DNA of 64,000 nt from Oopsacas minuta (taxonomy: Eukaryota; Animalia; Porifera), in assembly GCA_024704765.1 (NCBI GenBank), contig JAKMXF010000166.1, forward strand, positions 584,743 through 648,742, in the 5' to 3' direction. The translations under genes were made by a program, and so were the position numbers. Below are positions 1 through 11,521 of this stretch, in pieces. Position 1 is the stretch's first letter. Each line of letters starts with the position of its first letter. The notes below the pieces were generated by a model that did no database searches, was not told the DNA's origin, and worked only from the letters and a program-made list of their open reading frames with translations.

Positions 1-877
1 AAAAGGAATTAAAGAGTCAATAGGTACAAGATGTCGAATCCCCTCAATTCTAAGTATCAGTGGTCACCGGGGTAAAAGGTTGGTACTACTGCTATATAGT
101 ATTGTTTCAATACATTTCACTAATCCGAACGACTGTCGTTCACATGACGTTACGACATGAACTGTGTTGAGGGTACCTGTGATTACATTTTCAGACTTCT
201 ATCATGTATATTGCCTGAGCAGTGGGAACTAATGTTATTTTCGAAAAAAACAATTACGTCATATAATTTCGTCATAGGCGTGAATATCGTCAAACACACT
301 GGAACTTGTCCATGCCAGGCCAAGAATACCCTCGTATGGCCAAAAACTCTGTCAGGAGTCAATTAATACATTTTACGTTGCAAAACTTATACCATGGGAT
401 CTAAGGCTTTTTTCATTCAAAATATCAAAAACAATTTTTATAAATGTTTGACGTTACAGAGTTTAGTTGCAACTATGGATATCACATTTTAGCTGATATT
501 CACCAATAACTTGACAATCATTAATGTTAAGGTTAAATCGTCATGAATACGTGTAGATTATACCCGATTTCTCATACCCTGATAATTCTTTTCGATACGT
601 ATCTTCAAAGATTATTGCGTAGTCATGGATAATACCATATATGGGCATTATCATGAATTCGTCATAATCGTCAGATTCATTAACTCTAATTCCTGTAAGT
701 ATTATATTGTATATAAATATTTTATGAGAAATTGAACGTAATTAGTCGTATCACAATTTACATTATCGTATATATAATTTTTTGGTGATGCTATTGCCAC
801 CACCCGATCGGTGTGAATAGACGCTTCTATTCACGCCAATTCTTATCGCCCGTATTTGTTAGAATAGCTCTTCTACT

Positions 878-1774
878 ATGGAATCTGAATCTCAGGTTTC
901 TAGTAGTGTTTTTACAATTGACGAGACTCTCCCACACAACATTCCTCAATCTCCTACTTCATGTTCTGATTCCCAAAATATTCGACGGATTCTGTTATTG
1001 CATTTGAATCTAATACACGATCAGCAAGAGAAATTATTGAATCAAGAAAGAGAATTATCTACATTGCAGCAAGAAAAATCTCTTTTACAGTGCAAGTTAC
1101 AAAGAATTCAAAGGAGGCTTTCTAAATTTACTTCTGATTCTCAGAAAGATAATTTATCAACATTTCATCCTGTTCCCGCTTCTACTACTTTAAAATCTGT
1201 AACTTCCCTGCCGGTGACTAACCACTCCCTAGAACTAAAACGTATTAGCCGTAAAAAGCTGAATTCTTCTGGTACAGCCGCTGATTTGGAATTACGCACC
1301 TTAATACCTTACTTATCCTATTCTATTACAAATTGCTCAATAGGTGGTAAAGCTTCCAATTCAATTCCACATTCTTCTTTACCTGAACCTCAACTCGAAT
1401 TGCCATCCTTTATTGCCTACAATATTCCTCAATTTGATGGAAGTGAAAATTTTTCTAACGAAAACTTGAGTGACGCAACATTTTTGAAGCGCCATAAAAA
1501 ACTAGAGGAAATTGAAAAACGAAGGAAGAGGTGGGACTTACAGAGATTTCGCCAACTTCATAAAATCGTAGATTTGCAAAAGAAGGAAACAAACCTAAAA
1601 CATTTAGATAGGAAAAATCGTCGCCTCTACTTGAATTCTGAGAGCCCAACACTATTCAATTATAATACATTTCAGCTGGAGAAAATCGAAGTGGCTGACA
1701 CAGTTCCTATATTTGCTTTTGGGAGACCACTGCCAGCTATTCTTCCTAAACCATTTGAATTTAATATACTTTGA
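878..1774 (+). CDS. MSL1: Male-specific lethal 1 homolog (MSL complex scaffold), 298 aa, single exon
   Basis: N-terminal coiled coil ILLLHLNLIHDQQEKLL...LQRIQRR resembles the MSL2-binding coil. PEHE motif ENLSDATFLKRHKKLEEIEKRRKRWDLQR and C-terminal FAFGRPLP...PFE match the MSL1 MOF- and MSL3-binding segments as I recall them from the human protein. Confidence 0.88.
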   Translation: MESESQVSSSVFTIDETLPHNIPQSPTSCSDSQNIRRILLLHLNLIHDQQEKLLNQERELSTLQQEKSLLQCKLQRIQRRLSKFTSDSQKDNLSTFHPVPASTTLKSVTSLPVTNHSLELKRISRKKLNSSGTAADLELRTLIPYLSYSITNCSIGGKASNSIPHSSLPEPQLELPSFIAYNIPQFDGSENFSNENLSDATFLKRHKKLEEIEKRRKRWDLQRFRQLHKIVDLQKKETNLKHLDRKNRRLYLNSESPTLFNYNTFQLEKIEVADTVPIFAFGRPLPAILPKPFEFNIL

Positions 1775-2569
1775 ATTTATCTATCATTATTTACACACGT
1801 ATTAATTTGTTGAATTTATTTAATCTATTTGTCTCTTAACTGAGACAAATAAATCTTTTTAGAATGCTACAAGTTCCAAAAATTGGAATTACAGGGGAAG
1901 TAGCATGCGAATGAACCTAGCTAATTGTATTCACTTGTCGTTAAACAGGAATATAATTATTCGATTGGAAGAATCTGAATAACTCCTTAGTATTGTTTAC
2001 GATCTCTGGTTTTAGTTCTCAGCGTTCATTGGAAGGTCTTTACAAATATATAAGTCCTCGAAATTGCATGTCTTTAGTTTGATTAATTTGACGATGTTGG
2101 ATGAGTAATTCATACAAATATATACTTTCTACTCGTATATATCTTGCACTATGTTGCTCTACGTTCTTATTTCCTGAGTACAAAGTTCCCATACCGTACC
2201 GCCGATAGCATTCTGAAGCTTGATAGAATTTCTACACATCTCGTTAATCGTAATTACATAACCTCACTAAGATAGCACCTAGTGACATAGATCTAACATC
2301 ATATATGGTCATACACAATAATATACTTTGGTCAAACGCTAACGAATCACAGTCTCTGTATTAAGTATTTTAGTTTGTTAGGGATTAATTATAACCTAGG
2401 GGGTTAAGATTACGAGGGGTATGTCATATTAATTCAAACAATAAATATCAGGGCTGTATCATCTCATTTTGATCTTGCAAAAAACTCATTTTTTGTCTAC
2501 CAACTCATTGTAGAATGGGCAGAATGGTTGCTTACTAGGGGTAGAAGCAGAATTTTTAGTAGAAGTAAT

Positions 2570-2960
2570 TGTTATACTTTTGGAAAGCCTATACCATAAT
2601 GCGAAAGAAAAATATGTTTACTATTTTTCATTTTTGTGAATTATACTGAGGGAGATGGCAGAAGGGCACACAATCTGTGGCGCCGGTAGAGATAATGGAC
2701 CCTTTTGTTGAATGTGCAAAGGTACTGATTCCTTTCAAACCCATTTTCTCTGCAAGAGGACTCCTTGAGCCCTACAGTTTTGCTTTTTAGACCTTGGGAA
2801 ATTAATGATAAAATATTTTAGAGGATATTGCAATATACAGGCGCCACAAATTGTGCCCTTCTGCCATCTCCCTCAGTATAATTCACAGAAATGAAAAAAA
2901 TTGGTAAATATTTTTCAGGTTCTGCATAGCATAAACTTTCTAAAAAGGTATAACACTCAA
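2570..2960. mobile_element. Foldback MITE with long inverted arms (boundaries approximate)
   Basis: ttttgtgaattatactgagggagatggcagaagggcacacaatctgtggcgcc (~2633-2685) is mirrored by ggcgccacaaattgtgcccttctgccatctccctcagtataattcacagaaa (~2841-2892). Confidence 0.7.
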
Positions 2961-3810
2961 TTCTACTAAAATATTGCCGCGAAATTACAAAATTGCCTAC
3001 ACTATTCATTTTACTGTTACCCACGTATTCAACTTTTAAAATGTGTTTATTTTATCAAATTCATTTTATAGTTAAACTCGAAATAATGAGTTTAAACACA
3101 TTAGTAGTTTATTACTGATGTACTCAGTCATGGCGGAAGCAAAATAAACTGGTACATCATTTCACCATATGTTTCCCAATTCTTGGTGCAGATAATATAC
3201 CTACTTTTTATAGCTCCAGAGATCCAGGGCCGATTTGTGATAATTATAACTTATTCAACTCATTCAAGAAAATGAATAGATACAATACAGCGCTGAGATT
3301 TTATTTGTCATTGAATACGCTAAACAGGCATTCATATGAAAAGAGTATTATCTAAATTATTATAATGATTGTGGCTAAAGTGCTGGCAACGGAAAAGCCC
3401 AAATTACCACTCCAACAACTAGTGCTGCTAACTGAAATACAAATCCATCAATTTCAGTTTCAGTTAACACAAATACTACATTTCAATTTCAGTTCATATC
3501 AGTATTTCCGCTGGAGCTTCTCCCCTCAAATTCCTCATATAAACAAATATATTTTGTTGTATATGAATACATCCTATCATTCTAGATCAACACTTCTATT
3601 TCTATTCAATTTATCACACTTGACAGGTTAAGATTGTTTTCTGGTACTGTGATATAAGTTGAGGGTATGATGCGTTCTTTATCTAACGCATTACTGAATT
3701 AATTAAAGAACAATGATAGCATCAAATCGTGATTTGTTAGATTTGATGGAGGATTTGTATTAGAATATTGAATAATAATAATTATATAGAACCTATTACT
3801 TATATTTATA

Positions 3811-4414
3811 CAGTGCAACCTCGCTTAACGGCCACCCCGGAATAGCGGCCATTTTAAAATGACCCATTTGGATCCCTATAGGCATTAACATTAATTTATT
3901 TCAGATTTACGGCCACCCCGCAATTCCCATTCCTGCCTTTGTTTAGTACGAAACTCTATTGTTAACCATGGAATTACGGTCAATTTCTTATAACATGGTA
4001 TATCATGATACAGTTGTTGATTATAATATTAACTTGACGATAAAAACAATTAGGTGTAACCTACGTAAAAAATATGAAAAATACTGTCAATATATCAAAT
4101 TTATATAAGCTTCCTTGATAAACACGATAAATACATAGTTATCCGATAATTTCAAAATTGCATACCGTAAATCCTATCTTTGACAACAAACAGACAAACA
4201 AACAAAACCAATTTAGATTTAATAATATAGATTAATGCAACGAGCAACAATAATATACAAACTAAAATTAGTATTTTATGGTAAAATTATAATGGATTTC
4301 TGAAACAATTTTGAAAAAATATTCTTGAATAGTTTCACAATTACGGCCACCCGAAATTCCGGACAATTTTCTCGGTCCCAAGGGTGACCCGACCGTAATT
4401 CTGAGGTTCCACTG
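3811..4414. mobile_element. pogo/Tigger-type MITE
   Basis: TA|cagtgcaacctc ... gaggttccactg|TA, with internal repeated ttacggccaccc motifs. Confidence 0.75.
4090..4232 (-). repeat. Helitron-like dispersed repeat, 5' fragment
   Basis: Shares aaattgcataccgtaaatcct..caaacaaac..gatttaataatatagat with the copies at 30435, 41600 and 55394. Confidence 0.6.
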
Positions 4415-4806
4415 TAGACTATTTATAAATCAAATAAGAGGAATACCATTTCAGTTAGTTTAAAGATTACAATTCAGTTTGGGTTATAGTTTCAGTTGAC
4501 AGAATAATAGATTTCAATATCTGTTTCAGTTTCGGTTAGCACTACCAACAATTCAAGGTCTCCCTCAAAATAGCCTAAAACCACATCCTGCTGCCAGGGA
4601 CTTTGAGAGAATAAATTTGGGTGCCGTTGCCAACACTACTACCTATTATAATATCAAAGGTTTCATTCCACCAGCATTCAGGTAGTAAGGTATTGTCTGT
4701 TATTAGCAATTGCTATCTGAAACGAGGCATGTCTTCCATGGCGGTGTTATGCTTATTATAACTGTTGTATATAAAAGTTAATTAAGTGTTTTAGAATTGA
4801 GTATAA

Positions 4807-7800
4807 ATGAGCTTTGATGTCAATGAAGAGGGATTGGAACGAGTTCTAATATCTTGCTTACAGAACAGTTTGTCTCCTGATCAACAAGTAAGACATCAGG
4901 CAGAACAAGACCTGAAGAACCTAGAAGTTTCGGATGAGTTTGGAGTGAGACTGTGCTCGATTACACTCAAACAAGATGTCGATGTTTCATTGAGACAGCT
5001 AAGTACCGTTGTTTTGAAAAGATATACTGAGTTACACTGGAACTTGAATTCTGAAAAGTTTATAGTCCCTGAAATTTCTGAGTCTTCAAAAGTGATAATT
5101 CGCCAACTTTTGCCTCAGGCATTGATCGATTCTTCAAGCAAGGTCCGTGGATGTGTAGCGTATGCGATTGCTACCATCGCGCACTGGGACTGGCCTGAGT
5201 GTTGGCCAGGATTAGTTCCTGCTCTGTTAGCGAATCTATCGAGTGAGCAGGGTAGTCTAGTGCATGGATCTATTAGAGTTTTTGTAGAATTAGCTAGAGA
5301 TATATCGGAAGCACAGATAAATGAGGTTCTACCTGCTCTACTCCCCAAGCTCTACCATATTTTCACTAATTCAGTAGTCTACACAAGTCGTACTCGTTCT
5401 CGTTCTATTAATATTCTTACAACTTTTATTCAACTGCTTTATACTATCAGTAAGGAATATCCTGAAGCACCACACAAACTTCTATTCCCTATCCTCCCAA
5501 GCTTCTTAGAAGCTTTTTTCCACTTCCTCTCAAGTCAAACTAAATCGATATCTGAATATAGTTTACAGAGAGAAGTATACAATTGCTTCAAGGAGTTGTT
5601 AAAGGATTTTCCCAAACAGGTACTCCCTTACTTTGACAAGCTTCTTCCTGTATTCTGGATATGTTTCATTCAGTCAGCTCAGTCATACCTAAAAATCGCA
5701 CTTTTCTCATCAGAAATGACCGATGAAGAAATGGATAGCGATGGTAACCAGATCAGTTTGGATTCGATACTTTTCTCACAGTTTGGCGTCTGGAATGCTC
5801 TCATCCTGTGCAAACGCTTCCATGAACTTTTGAAAGAGTATCTACACGAATTTGTATTTCATCTTATATCCCTGGTCCAAGTTTCAGAAGAGACTTATAA
5901 ATCATGGCTGAATGATGTGTCCCAATTAGTGGAAGACGAAGATTCTGTTTTAAGTTCTTATTCTGTCAGGATTTATTCACTAGATATTATTCGTATGCTC
6001 GAAGAGGAGCCATCTCTTGCTGAACATTTCACTGTAGCTGTACACTCAGCGATAGAAAAGCACACACTTGCTGCCAAACACTCAAGGGAAGTAGGCGATG
6101 TGAACTGGTGGAAGATAATTGAATCATGCATGCTAGTTTACAGAAACATAATTTCGTATTGCGAAAAGATGAAAGATTATAACATATCTTCTCTCATTAC
6201 TGAGATCCTATTGCCATCTTTATCCAGTGATCAGCCCTTACTTACCAGCAGGGCTCTCTGGCTCACTGGTCATTTGATACCACTTTTACCAATTGAGTAT
6301 ATAAACCAATTTTTAGGCCTGATAGCCAATGGCCTGTTGCCTGAGCAGCATATTTTTATCCGAGTGTTCTCAGCACAAACGATATACCAATACGCTAGTA
6401 CACTCAAGGGTACTCCTAATCAAATTCTTCTCATACCTTTCATACCAGGGGCTATTCAGTGTTTAGGGAATCTGGCCTCTGTAAGTTTAGAGGAGTGTGA
6501 TGTGTTATCGGATATCCTATATGCTCTAAATCAGTGTCTGCAGTATGACGGAGTTCTACCTGAAACTATTGACCAACAAATCATTCCAGTCCTGACAACT
6601 GCATTTACAAAATACAACAATGATCCACACTTGGGGCCTGTAATAGAGGAATCATTTGGTTTGATTGCTAACAATTTGCTCTTTCTCAAACCACTTCAAG
6701 AGAAGTTCATACCCGACTCAATTAAGGTGATCGCTTCTACCAACGAATTCCTGCCTAGCATGATATCTGCTACCATGGATATCCTTTCTAAGATAATCCG
6801 CGCCTCCCCTCCCCCTCTTGCCTCTTTTTTCTTTGAAGGTATATTCGTTACTATTGTAGCTGCTACTTTGAGAACTGATGACAACTCTATTCTACAGAGC
6901 GGGGGTGAATGCATGTGTGCTTTTCTAGCCGCAGACACAGAGGGACTGATAGGTTGGCAAGATCAGGAAGGGGCTGGAGGATTGCATTATGCTGTTAAGG
7001 TGATAGAACATATACTAGACCCTAAGCATTCTGAATTTTCAGCAGCCTTTGTGGGAAAATTGATAATCATGTTAGTGCGTAAAGTCGGAGCTTTATTAGG
7101 CAAACTACTCAGTGTCATACTCAGGGCTGTCATATCCAAACTGAGTGTATCTGTTACTCCAAACGTTATGCAGTCTCTCATCTTAGTATTTGCTTTCTTA
7201 ATCCAGTCACAACTTGAATTCGTGCTCGAGTTTTTATCTAGTCTCCCTAGTTCTACTGGAAAACCAGCTTTGGATCAGGTGATGTCGGACTGGGTGCAGT
7301 TACAAGGTACCATATTTGGTAGTTATGACACTAAAATGAGTATTGTGGCTCTTTCAAAGGTTCTCACATATGGGATACAAACTCAAGATGCAAAGTTAGA
7401 GGCAATTATGGTAAGGGGGGATGAGATTTTCCAGCATGGGGATGGTATCCAAACTAGATCTAAAACCAGGTCTAGACCCAAACAATACACAGAAGTTCCT
7501 CTCCTTGCAAAAATTTTCAAGGTCCTGATCCAAGAATTGGGTGTTGCGCTTGAGAGTCAAGAAGTGGGTGTTTTGGGTACTAGCCGTGAATTTGATGGAG
7601 GAGAAGATTCAGAAGATGATGGAGAGGAAAGTAGTTCTGCTGATGATATGGTGGACGCTATGTTGCTGTATGGATCAAGTAGTTTGAATGATGAGTTTGA
7701 AGAAGATGACCTGGATATTATAGATGAAGAGATTGCAAAGCTGGACACAAGAGTATTCCTTACACATTATTGTTCTCAGTTCTGTCAGTTATCAGGATTT

Positions 7801-7887
7801 GGAATCTTAATTCCTATGCTAACCGAGAAAGAGTTGTTGACATTGCAAGATGCTGGGGTTCAGGTTTCATCGACAATTCATACTTAG
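4807..7887 (+). CDS. IPO9: Importin-9, 1026 aa, single exon
   Basis: IBN_N start (LSPDQQVRHQAEQDL), signature VAYAIATIAHWDWPECWP, HEAT repeats, IQTRSK loop and an acidic C-terminal loop typical of importin-9. Confidence 0.93.
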   Translation: MSFDVNEEGLERVLISCLQNSLSPDQQVRHQAEQDLKNLEVSDEFGVRLCSITLKQDVDVSLRQLSTVVLKRYTELHWNLNSEKFIVPEISESSKVIIRQLLPQALIDSSSKVRGCVAYAIATIAHWDWPECWPGLVPALLANLSSEQGSLVHGSIRVFVELARDISEAQINEVLPALLPKLYHIFTNSVVYTSRTRSRSINILTTFIQLLYTISKEYPEAPHKLLFPILPSFLEAFFHFLSSQTKSISEYSLQREVYNCFKELLKDFPKQVLPYFDKLLPVFWICFIQSAQSYLKIALFSSEMTDEEMDSDGNQISLDSILFSQFGVWNALILCKRFHELLKEYLHEFVFHLISLVQVSEETYKSWLNDVSQLVEDEDSVLSSYSVRIYSLDIIRMLEEEPSLAEHFTVAVHSAIEKHTLAAKHSREVGDVNWWKIIESCMLVYRNIISYCEKMKDYNISSLITEILLPSLSSDQPLLTSRALWLTGHLIPLLPIEYINQFLGLIANGLLPEQHIFIRVFSAQTIYQYASTLKGTPNQILLIPFIPGAIQCLGNLASVSLEECDVLSDILYALNQCLQYDGVLPETIDQQIIPVLTTAFTKYNNDPHLGPVIEESFGLIANNLLFLKPLQEKFIPDSIKVIASTNEFLPSMISATMDILSKIIRASPPPLASFFFEGIFVTIVAATLRTDDNSILQSGGECMCAFLAADTEGLIGWQDQEGAGGLHYAVKVIEHILDPKHSEFSAAFVGKLIIMLVRKVGALLGKLLSVILRAVISKLSVSVTPNVMQSLILVFAFLIQSQLEFVLEFLSSLPSSTGKPALDQVMSDWVQLQGTIFGSYDTKMSIVALSKVLTYGIQTQDAKLEAIMVRGDEIFQHGDGIQTRSKTRSRPKQYTEVPLLAKIFKVLIQELGVALESQEVGVLGTSREFDGGEDSEDDGEESSSADDMVDAMLLYGSSSLNDEFEEDDLDIIDEEIAKLDTRVFLTHYCSQFCQLSGFGILIPMLTEKELLTLQDAGVQVSSTIHT

Positions 7888-8187
7888 CCCCACTTAATTA
7901 AAGTTTTTCGGATAAAATTGTGTCATTTCCAGAATATTTATAGGTTAATAATTTTGTTGGTAAATTCTCTATATTTCATCATAACACTAAATCATAGTCC
8001 TATTTATAGCTATATTCAAAATGTAATTAAACGTTTTCTACCGAGCTTACAAGTCACAACTTGACATATCATTTCTAATTATGATGGAAACTTTAGTCAC
8101 AGATGTGTGATTAATGGAATAAATTATTATAAAATGTACCACTCTAGATTGAATATATACAGACTTGATTCAATTGTTTTTAATAGT

Positions 8188-8587
8188 AACGAGCCGCTTC
8201 GCTTGCTCGCGCTGCGCGGCATGCGAACACTATGTTCACATGGAACTCTGCACTTAGTGCCTCGAATTAGCAAAGTATAAAATTGGAAAATTGAACTAAT
8301 AAATTAATATTTCTAATATTTCTAATATTTGTTTACTTTATATTCATAATAAAAAACAAATAAATTTGCATATGAGAAACTTGAAAATGCGAAAATCGGA
8401 TTCAGCATACTCGATTACCCTAATGTAATTGTATGCTTTTCCTATATCGTCAACAGAAGGATGTTATTCTCTATATTTTATACGCAGATCATATTCTCCG
8501 ATTATTATACTACAAAGTGGGCAAACAAACAAACAAACAAACACATACACCCCCTCCCCCACAATAATTGAGTTTAGTAATATAGAT
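8188..8587 (-). repeat. Helitron-like dispersed repeat (diverged copy)
   Basis: GC-rich end acgagccgcttcgcttgctcgcgc, ggattcagca motif, (caaa)n tract and tagtaatatagat end, as in the other family copies. Confidence 0.45.
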
Positions 8588-9128
8588 TCTGCGATACTGA
8601 AATTCTACTAGAAGTACAGTTCTCAGCGCGATAGCACAACAATCGTAATAGATTTCGTACAACACCTCGTCAATCCTAACAGCGCTGTTCAAATTGTAAA
8701 AGAATCCGTTCAGATGTGTAGCAATAATTATATAATTTTTAATTCAAACAATACTTCAACTTTAGAGCATGTACATAACCACAAATTCACTGTTGGTGTG
8801 TAAAACAAACTGATAATATACGACACATTTATCGCAAAATTATTTTCAATTTCCCAGGAGTATTGAATTTGTTTCTGGTCTTTCTAACCATTTTGTACCA
8901 TATTTAAATAATATTTATGCTCTGTTCAGATTACTGAAGGTTCGTCCTAAAGAGGATACTGCATAGTGTATACTATGTATTTGCAGAAATTACTAATAAA
9001 TATATTAACTAATTTAATATTAATAATAGAGCTCTAATAGTATAGTCATAGATTTATTACTTACTATAATTATACATATAATAGTATATTAGCCTACTGA
9101 GTTATTCTCCACTGTTGACACAGGTCCT

Positions 9129-11048
9129 ATGAAGTTTCATGTTGCTATCTTAATTTATCTTCTCAGTAGCTGTTTTGCAATACAAGAAATCCCAATTCAC
9201 ATTCCATTCTACCGATTATATCACAATGCAATAGATTCCTATGGGAAAGAGAACTGGTTAGAAGCGATAAACTATTTTGAATGGTCTCTTCATCAGAAAG
9301 AACTTCTCACTAACTCAACTATCTCTTGTCTCTCTGAGTGTAAAACAGCTGGTGTACAATGTTCAGTAGATTTATGTCAGATGTCTGACCACAAGGATAT
9401 CTACTACCTTGTTAGACATTTCCATTGTATGACTAATTGCAAGGGTAAGAAACTTAGATCAATAGATTACATGAAGGCTAAGGACTATAATAAACCACCG
9501 GATGAGAAGGAATTAATTCCCTTCGTTTCTGGTATCCTATACGATTATTTACAGTATAGTTATTACAAAGCTGGTAACATTGAGAATTCTACTCGAGCAT
9601 TACGTACGTGGCTGGCATTCAATCCAGATAATCCTCGTGCTAAGACTGGACTCAATTATCTCCTCTCTCTCCTCAAAGAAGGGGAAGTATCAGAGCCCAG
9701 GGAGTCTCCACGCTTCCTTTCTCTATTCAACCATGGTTGGAAAGCGTATTCGAATAATAACTGGGTAGATTCCGTGGACTTTTGGGAATCCTCTATCGAC
9801 ATATTGCTAGCAGAGATAGGGAAGTGTAGAAATACATGTGATGACTCAGTTCCTCCAATATTCTCCAGTCTGTTATTTTCACAACAGTACTATACTCTTA
9901 AACTACATACTCAATTGAAATGTCATTCTAACTGCTACCTTAATACTACAGAGATTGGAGGCCATGAGAACATCCTTTTCACTATATTTCTCTACTTACA
10001 GTATTCCTATTACAAACTACAAGAGCCGTTAGAAGCTCTTGCTGCTACTAAGACTGCTTATCTCATCAATCCAACTAACAACGAAGTCAATTCTTATTTG
10101 AAGCTATATTCAGAATTGATTGGAGAGGGCAGTACGAGTATAGAGCCAAGATTCGAGGTGGAGAAGTTACTGAATGAATTACATCAAATAATTTTTCTAA
10201 CAATTAGGACTAACAATATCCTCCCTTCTACCTCTCCTACTGAAAACCCTCAGCTATCTGAGCTGGAGCTAACCCAAGACTCACAGAATTACGTCGCTGG
10301 TTCTAGGAGTACTAAGCCTCAAATCCTCGTTCCTCCCACCAATTTCTCTTCAGCTCGAGTACTTGTAGACAATTTCCTATCAGAAGCAGAATGCAAGCAG
10401 TTAGAATTACTGGCTGATCTGGTCTCCGTATCTGGAGATGGCTATTCTAGTGCCAAGTATGGAATCGGGTCTTCCCCACATACTCCACACGAGAATTTCG
10501 TAGGTGTCACTTTAGAAAGAGCTCTTCAAGCTTGGGAATCAGGCGCCATTACTAAGAAGCTAGTATCATTGTATTTAGATGCAGCAGAAAGGAATAGAGT
10601 ATATTTAGAAACTTATTTTAAGCTCAAATCTACTCTATATTTTGCTTATACACATTTGGTTTGCAGGACTGCAAAGGAGAATTCGGATCAAGAGAGTAGG
10701 AGCGATCTATCTCATCCAGTTCATGCTGACAACTGCATCCTAGAACCTGATGGTACATGTCTAAAAGTAGCACCTGCCTACACCTGGAGAGATTACAGTA
10801 GTCTCGTTTACCTTACACAGGATTTTGAAGGGGGAGACTTTTTCTTCGCAAACAGATCAACTCTTCAACCAGACATACGTATAGGTACAAAGCACTGCGG
10901 ACGAATGGTAGGGTTTTCCGCTGGAGAAGAAAACCTACATGGAGTGTTACCAGTGACACAAGGTAAGAGGTGTGCTTTAGCGCTATGGTTTACTCTGGAT
11001 AGGGCACACAATGAAGATAGAGAGACAATCATGGATAGGCTTTCTTAG
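9129..11048 (+). CDS. P3H1: Prolyl 3-hydroxylase (leprecan / P3H1-like), 639 aa, single exon
   Basis: Signal peptide, four CxxxC motifs (CLSEC, CMTNC, CRNTC, CHSNC), and a 2OG-Fe(II) domain with HPVHADNC, WRDYS, GGDFFF, ENLHGV and GKRCALALWFTLD. Paralog assignment (P3H1/2/3) cannot be resolved by eye. Confidence 0.9.
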   Translation: MKFHVAILIYLLSSCFAIQEIPIHIPFYRLYHNAIDSYGKENWLEAINYFEWSLHQKELLTNSTISCLSECKTAGVQCSVDLCQMSDHKDIYYLVRHFHCMTNCKGKKLRSIDYMKAKDYNKPPDEKELIPFVSGILYDYLQYSYYKAGNIENSTRALRTWLAFNPDNPRAKTGLNYLLSLLKEGEVSEPRESPRFLSLFNHGWKAYSNNNWVDSVDFWESSIDILLAEIGKCRNTCDDSVPPIFSSLLFSQQYYTLKLHTQLKCHSNCYLNTTEIGGHENILFTIFLYLQYSYYKLQEPLEALAATKTAYLINPTNNEVNSYLKLYSELIGEGSTSIEPRFEVEKLLNELHQIIFLTIRTNNILPSTSPTENPQLSELELTQDSQNYVAGSRSTKPQILVPPTNFSSARVLVDNFLSEAECKQLELLADLVSVSGDGYSSAKYGIGSSPHTPHENFVGVTLERALQAWESGAITKKLVSLYLDAAERNRVYLETYFKLKSTLYFAYTHLVCRTAKENSDQESRSDLSHPVHADNCILEPDGTCLKVAPAYTWRDYSSLVYLTQDFEGGDFFFANRSTLQPDIRIGTKHCGRMVGFSAGEENLHGVLPVTQGKRCALALWFTLDRAHNEDRETIMDRLS

Positions 11049-11337
11049 AAATATCGGTATATGTTTATTCTTGAAATTTGGGTGTTCATTATTTTTATGT
11101 ATTTTACTGGTAATTGAAATTTAACATGTCAGTTAACTGATTACTGTTCTGCTTATATCGAGTCTGCTCTATTATGAGTAACTGCATTGGTATGTAAGTA
11201 CATGCACGGTTCATGGCTAATAAACCATAATTTCACCTTTAAACGCAGTCCCTATATGGAGATGCCCTAATGGCATGGACGATATGCAATGTTTGTCGTC
11301 CGTGTGAAATATAGCGGTTTGATTCGCGAAATTGGTA

Positions 11338-11521
11338 CAGTGATACCTCCGTTAGTGAACACCTCTGATTAATGAACACCTGAAATAGTGAACCCTGAAC
11401 ACTATTCTTGGGTCCCAAATTTATCCAAAATTCAATTGGAAACTCTAGTTAGTGAACATCTCGACATATGGTGAACAAAAACTTCAGTCCCGAGGGTGTT
11501 CACTATATAGAGGTTTGACAG
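11338..11521. mobile_element. pogo-type MITE
   Basis: TA|cagtgatacctc ... gaggtttgacag|TA with repeated agtgaac motifs. Confidence 0.6.

Larger units (their letters stand above)
3378..4638. mobile_element. Outer non-autonomous TIR element hosting nested insertions
   Basis: Left gtgctggcaacggaaaagcccaaatt versus right aatttgggtgccgttgccaacac, plus mirrored ttcagt/actgaa subterminal repeats. No TSD recognised. Confidence 0.55.

Noticed and set aside
5115-7748. Antisense ORFs within IPO9 (and similar ones within PPIB and the transposases)
   Set aside because: Shadow frames of real coding sequence.
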